Assembly (NCBI GenBank): GCA_035651195.1 | Contig: DASRGD010000051.1 | Coordinates: 27,476 to 91,475, forward strand | Origin: Gaiellaceae bacterium | GTDB lineage: Bacteria; Actinomycetota; Thermoleophilia; Gaiellales; Gaiellaceae | Direction of reading: 5' to 3' | Length of the DNA stretch: 64,000 bases | Shown here: positions 42,671 to 50,256 of the stretch, piece after piece | Layout: each line of letters begins with the position of its first letter | How positions within the stretch are numbered: the stretch's first letter is position 1 | Program-made: the position numbers and the translations under genes | Notes under the pieces: generated by a model | The model's database searches: none | Seen by the model: only the letters and a program-made list of their open reading frames with translations | Told to the model about the DNA's origin: nothing

Positions 42671-44617
42671 GTGTGCGGCATCGGCGTCGTCATGTCACTC
42701 GCAGGCACGCGTGTCCCGTACGCGCGCTCAGCGCTTCGCGGCATGAACGAGCTGCTCGCGCACCGCGGTCCTGACGGGTTCGCCGAATGGATCCACACCG
42801 ACGAGCACGTCGGCTTCTCGCACCGCAGGCTCTCGATCATCGATCTCGAGCACGGCGCCCAGCCGATGACGGACGGCGAAGGAAACTGGATCACGCACAA
42901 CGGCGAGATCTACAACTACCGATCGCTTCGCCGCGAGCTGGGCCAGCGACGCTTCACGACCGAGAGCGATACCGAGGTCGTGCTCCACCTGTACCGCACG
43001 ATGGGCGCGCGCTGTCTCGAGCGGCTACGGGGCATGTTCGCGTTCGCGCTGTGGGACGAGGAACGGCAGGAGCTGTTCGTCGCGCGCGACCGCTTCGGGA
43101 TCAAGCCGCTCTACTACACCGTCGCCGACGGAGTCCTCTACTGTGCGTCGGAAGCGAAGGCGTTGCTGCCGTTCCTGCCCGCGCTCGAGACGGACGAGCA
43201 GGGCCTCGCGGAGTACCTGACGTTCCAGTTCCCGCTCGGCGGCCGGACGCTCTTCAAGGGGGTCCACGAGCTGCCGGGCGCGCACCTGCTGCAGGTGAAA
43301 GACGGTCGCCTCAGCGTGCGCAAGTGGTGGGAGGTTGCGTACGAGCACGACCTCGACCACTCGGAGCGGTACTTCATCAGGCGCCTGCGCGAGATCGTCA
43401 CGGACTCCGTCGAGCAGCACCTCGTCGCGGACGTGCCGGTCGGCGCCTACCTGAGCGGCGGTCTCGACTCCACCGTCGTCGCGGCGACCGCGGCCCGCAT
43501 CTCGACCGAGCCGTTCCTCGGCTTCACCGGCCGCTTCGACGCCGGGCCGCCGTACGACGAGTCGCCGTACGCGCGGGCGGCGGCCGCGTCGTCCGGATTC
43601 GAGCTGCGCGAGACGACGGTCCGGCCGGAGGACTTCGTCCAGCACGTCCCGCGGATCCTCTACCACCTCGACTTCCCGATCGCCGGCCCCGGTTCGTTCC
43701 CGCAATACCTGGTCTCGCGCGACGCCGCCGAGGAGCGGAAGGTCGTGCTCGGCGGGCAGGGCGGTGACGAGATCTTCGGCGGCTACGCCCGCTACCTGCT
43801 CGCCTACTTCGAGCAGTGCATCAAGGCCGCGATCGAGGGGACCTCGCACCGGGCGCAGTTCATCGTCACCTACGAGTCGATCATCCCCAACCTCGAGAGC
43901 CTCCGCGACTACAAGCCGCTGATCCAGTCGTTCTGGCGCGACGGCGTCTTCGGCGAGCTCGACGAACGGTACTTCCGACTCGTCAACCGGGCACACGAGC
44001 TCGACGATGCGGTCAGGTGGGATCTCTTCGCCGACTACGAGCCGTACGCCGCGTTCGCAGAGATCTTCCACGCCGACAACGTCGGCGGCGAGTCGTACTT
44101 CGATCGGATGACGCACTTCGACTTCAAGACGCTCCTGCCGGCCCTGTTGCAGGTCGAGGACCGCGTCAGCATGGCCCACGGTCTCGAGTCGCGGACGCCG
44201 TTCGTCGACCACGAGGTGGTCGAGTTCGCGTCCCGCCTGCCGGCGCTCGTGAAGTTCAAGAACGGCGAGCTGAAGCGAACGTTGAAGCTCGCCTTCCAGG
44301 ATCTCCTGCCGAGCGAGATCGTCCGGCGGAAGGACAAGGCCGGTTTTCCCGTGCCTCTCACCAACTGGGCGAGAGGCCCGCTGCGCGACTTCGTCCTCGA
44401 GACGTTCGCGGCCGCCGGCGCTCGCCGCGACTATCTCGTCGACGGTTTCTCGCCCGAGCGGCTGCTCTCCGGCGAGACCGGCTTCGGGCGCTCGCTGTGG
44501 GGCCTGCTCTCGCTCGAGCTCTGGCAGCAGCAGTACCACGACCGCAGCGCTCACTGGCGCGCCCTGCGCGAGCGGATGACGGCGGCCGAGGCCTACGCGG
44601 ACACCGCAGCGCCCTGA
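42671..44617 (+). CDS. Asparagine synthase (glutamine-hydrolysing) family amidotransferase, EPS-locus type
   Basis: (M)CGI N-terminus with the catalytic Cys2 of Ntn amidotransferases, HRGPDG, and the PP-loop SGGLDS. Confidence 0.9.
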   Translation: MCGIGVVMSLAGTRVPYARSALRGMNELLAHRGPDGFAEWIHTDEHVGFSHRRLSIIDLEHGAQPMTDGEGNWITHNGEIYNYRSLRRELGQRRFTTESDTEVVLHLYRTMGARCLERLRGMFAFALWDEERQELFVARDRFGIKPLYYTVADGVLYCASEAKALLPFLPALETDEQGLAEYLTFQFPLGGRTLFKGVHELPGAHLLQVKDGRLSVRKWWEVAYEHDLDHSERYFIRRLREIVTDSVEQHLVADVPVGAYLSGGLDSTVVAATAARISTEPFLGFTGRFDAGPPYDESPYARAAAASSGFELRETTVRPEDFVQHVPRILYHLDFPIAGPGSFPQYLVSRDAAEERKVVLGGQGGDEIFGGYARYLLAYFEQCIKAAIEGTSHRAQFIVTYESIIPNLESLRDYKPLIQSFWRDGVFGELDERYFRLVNRAHELDDAVRWDLFADYEPYAAFAEIFHADNVGGESYFDRMTHFDFKTLLPALLQVEDRVSMAHGLESRTPFVDHEVVEFASRLPALVKFKNGELKRTLKLAFQDLLPSEIVRRKDKAGFPVPLTNWARGPLRDFVLETFAAAGARRDYLVDGFSPERLLSGETGFGRSLWGLLSLELWQQQYHDRSAHWRALRERMTAAEAYADTAAP

Positions 44618-45819
44618 GCGGCGAGCCCGCGGCGGCGCTCGCGTGCGAGTCGCCAGAGGAGCTCGGCGTAGGTCGCGGCGCTGCGGTGCCAGCGGTATGC
44701 CTCGTACCGCTCGCGCGCGGCCTCCGCACGGCGCGCGGCGGCCTCGGGATCCGACGCCACGTGCTCGAGCGCGGCCGCGAGCGATGCCGCGTCCCCGGCC
44801 TCGAAGAAGCACACTTCGTGCTCGGAGAAGTGCAGGCGGATCGTCGGCAGGTCGGCGACCACCGCCGGGACCCCGAGCGCGACGTACTCGAACAGCTTCG
44901 TCGGCAGCGCGAACCGGTTCAGGCGCAGCGGCAGGTTCGGGACGACGCCGACGGAGGCCGACCGGACGGCGCGCAAGACCTCGCGCTGCGGCACGAACCT
45001 CGGCACGACGGTGAGCGCGTCGCCGAGGCCGAGCGCGCGCGCTGCCTCGATCACCTCCGGAACGGCGTCGCCGGCGCCGTAGAGCTCGAGCCGGAGGTCA
45101 CGAACGCGCGCCCTCGCGCGCGCGGCCGCTTCGACGAGGAGCCCGACGCCGTAGTGGGGAGTGATCGTCCCGTGGTAGACGACCCTGAACCCCCCTCCGC
45201 CGGGGTCGGCGGAGTCCTCGGGCTCCGGCGGCACGAGGCTCTCGTCGAGGCTGTTCAGCACGACCGACACCTTCTCGACCGGAACGCCGTGCGCCCCGAG
45301 CTCCTGCCGGTACGGCTCGTGGACCGTCAGCACCGCGTCCGATGCGCGCGCCGCCAGCCGTTCGACCAGCTTCAGCGCGCGGTCGACCGCACCGCCGGGC
45401 GTGTTGCCGAACCGCATCGTGAACATGTCGTTCGTGAGGTCGTGGACGTCGAAGACGACCTTGGCGCCGAGCAGACGCGGGACGAGCGACGCGACGATCA
45501 GGAAGTCGGGCGGGTTGTGGACGTGGACGACGTCGTACCGCTGCCGGCGCGAGCGCAGCGCGGCGTCGAGGGTGGCGCGGCCGGTGAAATGGAGGTACTC
45601 GCCGAGGAGAGCGAACTTGCCGCCGCCGTGCCGATGGGCAACGGGGAGCCGGAACACCTGCACGCCGTCGAGCACCTCCCACTCGGCCTCGCCCGCTCCG
45701 CGAAGGGCGAGGACGTCGACCGCGAATCCGGCGGCGACTGCGGCCCGCGCCTCGGCGACGACCCGGGCCTCCTCCGGGTAGTAATCGTGGAGAACCATGA
45801 GTAGTCGCGGCGCGCGCAT
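44593..45819 (-). CDS. GT4-family glycosyltransferase
   Basis: N-terminus MRAPRLLMVLHDYYPEE and a C-terminal E-x7-E-like region (ALPTKLFEYVALGVPAVVADL). Its 3' end overlaps the asnB-like 3' end by 25 nt. Confidence 0.85.
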   Translation of the reverse strand: MRAPRLLMVLHDYYPEEARVVAEARAAVAAGFAVDVLALRGAGEAEWEVLDGVQVFRLPVAHRHGGGKFALLGEYLHFTGRATLDAALRSRRQRYDVVHVHNPPDFLIVASLVPRLLGAKVVFDVHDLTNDMFTMRFGNTPGGAVDRALKLVERLAARASDAVLTVHEPYRQELGAHGVPVEKVSVVLNSLDESLVPPEPEDSADPGGGGFRVVYHGTITPHYGVGLLVEAAARARARVRDLRLELYGAGDAVPEVIEAARALGLGDALTVVPRFVPQREVLRAVRSASVGVVPNLPLRLNRFALPTKLFEYVALGVPAVVADLPTIRLHFSEHEVCFFEAGDAASLAAALEHVASDPEAAARRAEAARERYEAYRWHRSAATYAELLWRLARERRRGLAAQGAAVSA

Positions 45820-45889
45820 GCCGACAACTTCTACACGCTCCGCGGACGCGCGCAGCGGGGGCGAGGGTCGCGAGACGCCGCGGATCCTG

Positions 45890-46936
45890 ATGGCGGCCCC
45901 GCAGGGGGTGCACGGGCCGATGCCGAGGCTCGCGGAGCTGCTCGCCGGCGGCCTGCGCGGCGCGGGCGTCGCCGTGACGCTCCTGCCGTGGGGCGGCGGG
46001 GGCGACTCCGTCGGCGCGCGCGTGCTCGGCCGCGCGGGACAGCTGCTGCGCATCCGACGCGCCCTCCGCGCCTCGCCGCCCGACGCGCTGCTCGTCCAGA
46101 CGTCGCACGACTGGGCAGCCGTCGTTCGTGACCTGGCGCTCGCGCTGGCGGTCCGCGGCTGCGGGTGCGGGGTCGTGCTGCAACTCCACGGCAGCCGCGC
46201 CGACCGGCTCGCAGCGCCCGGCTCGGCGGCGTTCAAGCTCGCCACGAGCGGGCTGCTGTCGCTCGTCGACGGCGTGCTCGTGTTGTCCTCGGAGGAGCAG
46301 CGCGCGTTCGCCGCGTTCCGGCCGAGCGGCAGGTTCCACGTCGTCGTCAACCCGTTCGTCGACGACGACGAGCGGCCGACCGTGGAGCGATCGGAGGTGC
46401 CCGTGGTGCTCTTCGCGAGCCGCCTGGTGCCCGAGAAGGGCGTCCTCGACACGGTCGAGGCGTTCTCGCTCCTCCGTGAGCGAATGGCCGCGCGTCTCGT
46501 CGTCGCGGGCGACGGCCCCGCGGCCGCAGACGTCGCACGCGCCGTACGCGACCGCGGCGTCTCCGGCGACGTGACGCTCGCGGGACGGCTCGATCCGAAG
46601 CGGCTCCGCGACGCCTACGCGGGCGCCGACGTGTTCGTGCTGCCGACCTACCACCCCGAGGGCTTCCCGACCGCGATCAGCGAGGCGATGAGCGCCGGGC
46701 TCCCCATCGTCACCTCGCCTGTCCGCGGGATCGCCGACCACCTCGTCGACGGGACGAACGCGCTCTTCGTGCCACCGCGCTCGCCCGTCGCGCTCGCACG
46801 GGCGCTCGAGCGCGTGCTCACCGAGCCGGCGCTCCGCGAGCGGATGTCGGCCGCGAATCGCGCCAAGGTGGCGGAGTTCGCACCGGCGCGCGTCGTGCAG
46901 GCGTACCTCGAGGCGCTGAGGGAGGTTCGACGGTAG
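45890..46936 (+). CDS. GT4-family glycosyltransferase
   Basis: C-terminal GT4 core (VLFASRLVPEKG, EGFPTAISEAMSAGLPIVTSPVRG). The start is ambiguous: ATG 45890, or 45818/45797, which would overlap the divergent GT4 start. Confidence 0.8.
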   Translation: MAAPQGVHGPMPRLAELLAGGLRGAGVAVTLLPWGGGGDSVGARVLGRAGQLLRIRRALRASPPDALLVQTSHDWAAVVRDLALALAVRGCGCGVVLQLHGSRADRLAAPGSAAFKLATSGLLSLVDGVLVLSSEEQRAFAAFRPSGRFHVVVNPFVDDDERPTVERSEVPVVLFASRLVPEKGVLDTVEAFSLLRERMAARLVVAGDGPAAADVARAVRDRGVSGDVTLAGRLDPKRLRDAYAGADVFVLPTYHPEGFPTAISEAMSAGLPIVTSPVRGIADHLVDGTNALFVPPRSPVALARALERVLTEPALRERMSAANRAKVAEFAPARVVQAYLEALREVRR

Positions 46937-47103
46937 GCGCCGCGGCCGACGCGCTTCCCTCGTCCGAGGCCGCCGCGGCGGCTCGGCGGGCATTCGAGCT
47001 GGCCGCGGCGCTCGGCTGGCGGAGCCACGACCCGTTCGACCTCCTGCTGACGCCGGCCGGCGCGGCGATCCAGCGCGCGTCGTGGCTCGCGGCGCGCGTC
47101 GTC

Positions 47104-48069
47104 GTGCAGGTCGGCAAGCGGTCGGGTGCCGGCCTGCGGCGCGCCCTGCGGGTTCCGCCTCACGAGGAGCCGAAGGCGCTCGCCGACTTCCTGCGCGCGG
47201 CGTCGGCCCTCGCCGCGCTCGGGGAGGGGTGGGCGAGCGCACACGCCGACGACCTCTCGGCCCGACTGCTCGCGCGAAGCGTCGTCGTCGAGGCAGGCCG
47301 TGGCTGGGGGCTCGGCTTCCCGTACGCGTCTCGGTTCGTGAACGTCGACGCGCACACGCCCAACCTCTACGTGACGACGGCCGCCTGTCAGGCTCTTCTC
47401 GACTACCACGACCTGACGCGCGACGCGACCGCACGCGCGGAGGCGGACGCAGGCGGCCGGTTCATCGTCGACGGCCTCGGCTGGTTCGAGCACGGCGGCG
47501 AGATCTGGCTTCGCTACTGGGCCGGACTCGAGACGCCGACGATCAACGTCCAGGCCTCCGCCGCCGCGCTGCTCGCCCGGCTCGGCCGCAGCGCCGATGC
47601 CGATCGCGCCGCCAGGGTCGTGGTCGCGACGCAGCGCGCGGACGGCAGCTGGCCGTACAGCGCCGACGGGCGCGCCTCGTACGTGGACGGGTTCCACACC
47701 GGGTTCACGCTGCAGGGCCTCGCGGAGTACGGGGCGCGCCGAGGCGTTCGGGACGCCGCCGTCGACGCCGCGGTCGAGCGCGGCTTCGCCTACTTCAAGC
47801 GCCATCTGCTGACGCCCGACGGGCTGCCGCGCGCGTTTGCGGACGGGAAGGTCGACCTCGACGGCCAGAACGTCGCCCAGTGCGTGCAGACGCTCGTCGT
47901 CTGCGGCGGCGAGGACGACCGCGCGGCGGCCGTCCACCTCTGGCGCACGCAGGTCGAGCCGGTCCTCACCGGTCGCGGCGGTCGCTTTCCCGCTCTGCGG
48001 TGGGTGCAGGGGCCGGCGGTGCTCGCGACGGCCTACCTGCTCGCGGCCGCCGCGAGCAGCTCCGCGTAG
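47104..48069 (+). CDS. Hypothetical protein, possibly (alpha/alpha)-toroid / prenyltransferase-like repeats; true start probably upstream of 47104
   Basis: Track ORF of 321 aa with blocks DGSWPY and YVDGFHTGFTLQGL. The same frame shows strong GC3 coding bias from about 46937, but there is no ATG/GTG/TTG before 47104. Confidence 0.5.
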   Translation: MQVGKRSGAGLRRALRVPPHEEPKALADFLRAASALAALGEGWASAHADDLSARLLARSVVVEAGRGWGLGFPYASRFVNVDAHTPNLYVTTAACQALLDYHDLTRDATARAEADAGGRFIVDGLGWFEHGGEIWLRYWAGLETPTINVQASAAALLARLGRSADADRAARVVVATQRADGSWPYSADGRASYVDGFHTGFTLQGLAEYGARRGVRDAAVDAAVERGFAYFKRHLLTPDGLPRAFADGKVDLDGQNVAQCVQTLVVCGGEDDRAAAVHLWRTQVEPVLTGRGGRFPALRWVQGPAVLATAYLLAAAASSSA

Positions 48070-49121
48070 CGCTCCACCATCCGCTCGAGCGTGTATCGCT
48101 CCGCGTAGCGGCCGTGCGCAGCTTCGCCCAGCTCCCGACGCTGCTCGGACGCGCGGGCGAGCGAGACGAGCGCGTCGACGAACGCCTCGAAGTCGCCGGC
48201 GGGGACGACCCGCCCGCCGACGCCGTCGCCGATCGCGTCGACGATGCCGCCGACGCCGAACGCGAGCACCGGCCGGGCGAGCGCCATCGCCTCGAGCACG
48301 CTCAGCGGAAGCGCCTCGGCCGTGCTCGTGAGGCAGACGACGTCGGCGGCGACGATCAGGTCGGCGACGTCCGGGCGCTCGCCGAGGACGCGAACGACGC
48401 CCGGCGCCGCCGCGGCGACTGACCGAACGCGCTCGAGCTCGGGGCCGCCGCCGGCGACGACGCCGCGCAGCCGTGGCTCGCGCGCGTGTGCGCTGACGAC
48501 CGACTCGACGAACCGCGCCGCCTGCTTCTCGGGCCGCAGCGTCGCCGCCAGCAGCGCGACGACGTCGTCGTCGCCCGCGCCCAGCTCGGCACGCACGTCC
48601 GCCCGCGGCCGAGCCGGCGAGGGCGCCGGAATGCCGTTCGGGATCACGGTGACCCGGTCGGCCCGGAATCCGAGGCGGCAGAGCTCGCCGACCTGGCTCT
48701 CGCTCACCGCGACCACCCGGTCGATCCGGGGCGCGACCAGCCGGGCGAGGAGTCGCCGGTGCAGCGCCCTCGGCAGCCCGGGGCCGCCGTGCTCGGCCGT
48801 GACGTGGCACGCGCCTGCACGAGCGGCGACGACGTGACCGATCACCTGCGCATCGAGGCTCGAGGTGAAGACGACGTCCGGCTTCAGGCGCCAGAGGCGG
48901 TAGGCGCGGGCCATCCCGACCGCATCCATGCGCGATCGCATGCCGACGAACTGCGTCGGCACGCCCTCACCGCGAAGAGCCTCGAAGTGGGGGCCGCGGT
49001 GGCGGAGCGTCGCCACGAAAGGCTCGAAGCCGCGCGCGCGCAGCTCCGGCACGAGCAGCGCGAGCTGGCGCTCGGCGCCGCCGACCGCGAGCGTGGAGTA
49101 CAGATAGAGGATCCGCGTCAG
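48033..49121 (-). CDS. GT4-family glycosyltransferase, probable CTG start
   Basis: N-terminus LTRILYLYSTLAVGGAERQ is the canonical GT4 start region. C-terminal motifs are ATLRPEKQ and EALPLSVLEAMALARPVLAF. The only nearby in-frame start is a CTG at 49119-49121, overlapping the upstream TGA (CTGA), with a GAGGAGG SD 7 nt upstream. Confidence 0.75.
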   Translation of the reverse strand: MTRILYLYSTLAVGGAERQLALLVPELRARGFEPFVATLRHRGPHFEALRGEGVPTQFVGMRSRMDAVGMARAYRLWRLKPDVVFTSSLDAQVIGHVVAARAGACHVTAEHGGPGLPRALHRRLLARLVAPRIDRVVAVSESQVGELCRLGFRADRVTVIPNGIPAPSPARPRADVRAELGAGDDDVVALLAATLRPEKQAARFVESVVSAHAREPRLRGVVAGGGPELERVRSVAAAAPGVVRVLGERPDVADLIVAADVVCLTSTAEALPLSVLEAMALARPVLAFGVGGIVDAIGDGVGGRVVPAGDFEAFVDALVSLARASEQRRELGEAAHGRYAERYTLERMVERYAELLAAAASR

Positions 49122-50242
49122 CGGACCGCCTCCTCGTAGACGGCGCGCACGCGAGTCGCGACGGCCCTGGTCGTGAAGCGCTCGGCGCCCGAGCGCGCCG
49201 CAGCCGCGAACGAGCGCCTGGTCGACTCGTCGCCGACCAGCTCCGAGATGCGCCGCGCGAGGGCGTCGACGTCGCCGACGTCGACGAGGAAGCCGGTTCG
49301 GCCGTCGTCGACGAGATGCCGGACGCCGCCGACGCGCGTCGCCACGACCGGGAGGCGGGCGGCCATCGCCTCGGCGATCACCATCGGGCTCGTCTCCTGC
49401 CCCGACGGGAGAACGAGCAGCGCCGCTCGTCGGTACTCCTCCGTCATCCGCTCGGCCGGCAGCTGCCCGAGCAGCTCGACCCGGTCGCGGAGCCGGAGCG
49501 CTTGCACGCGGTCCGCAAGCTCTCGCGCGTACTCGGCGTCTGTCGTCGGACCTGCGATCCGCAGCGACGCGCCCGGCACGCGTGCGGCCGCCTCGACGAG
49601 ATCGAGGACGCGCTTGCCGCGGCTGATCGCACCCGCGAACAGCACCCGGCCCTGCTCGGGCGCGGGCTCGAGCGCGAAGAACCTGTCGGCGACGGCGTTG
49701 CCGACGTCGACGATCCGGCCGCGGATCTCGCGACCGAAGTACTCCTGCGGGTACGGGGTCGGCTGGAGCAGGTAGGGCGCATGCCGGATGCAATAGCGCT
49801 CGACCGCGACGCCCGCGATCGCGACCTGGAGCCGGTCTCGCGGCCGGGTCAGCGCCTTGCGTGTCTCGCGCACGATGCCGTGCACCGAGACGACGACGGG
49901 CACCTGCCGCGCCGCCTTGAGGCAGACGTAGCCGTAGCCGAGCGCGTCCTGGGCATGGACCACGTCCGGCCGCAACTCGCCGAGGAGACCGGCGAGCGCG
50001 CGGCGGAGGCTCCGGTAGAACGTCACGTTGTTGAATCGCCGCGGCGACGCCAGGCGGTGAATACGCACGCCGCCGTCGCCGCTGTCGTGCGTCGAGGCGG
50101 CGGCGTGGGCGAACGTGACGACGTCGAGCTCGAGCCCGCCGAGCGACGCGAGCCCGTGAACGAGGTTGACGAACGCTGCCTCGACCCCCCCGTCGGCGCG
50201 CTGCGGCTCCTCGGGGTACGGACCGACGAGAGCGACGCGCAC
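49118..50242 (-). CDS. GT4-family glycosyltransferase
   Basis: N-terminus VRVALVGPYPEEP and motifs FAGAISRGKR and ETSPMVIAEAMAARLPVVATRVGG. The GTG at 50240-50242 lies 14 nt after the upstream stop. Confidence 0.85.
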   Translation of the reverse strand: MRVALVGPYPEEPQRADGGVEAAFVNLVHGLASLGGLELDVVTFAHAAASTHDSGDGGVRIHRLASPRRFNNVTFYRSLRRALAGLLGELRPDVVHAQDALGYGYVCLKAARQVPVVVSVHGIVRETRKALTRPRDRLQVAIAGVAVERYCIRHAPYLLQPTPYPQEYFGREIRGRIVDVGNAVADRFFALEPAPEQGRVLFAGAISRGKRVLDLVEAAARVPGASLRIAGPTTDAEYARELADRVQALRLRDRVELLGQLPAERMTEEYRRAALLVLPSGQETSPMVIAEAMAARLPVVATRVGGVRHLVDDGRTGFLVDVGDVDALARRISELVGDESTRRSFAAAARSGAERFTTRAVATRVRAVYEEAVR

Positions 50243-50256
50243 CGCGACCGCGCCGC

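Noticed and set aside
23879-44617. Classical lasso-peptide (or other RiPP) biosynthetic cluster, suggested by PqqD + HprK-like kinase + PF14907 + asparagine-synthase homologue
   Set aside because: The asparagine-synthase homologue keeps the N-terminal catalytic Cys2 of true glutamine amidotransferases. It lies about 15 kb away among glycosyltransferases. I saw no transglutaminase-like leader protease, no precursor-sized ORF with a coding signal, and no export ABC typical of lasso clusters.
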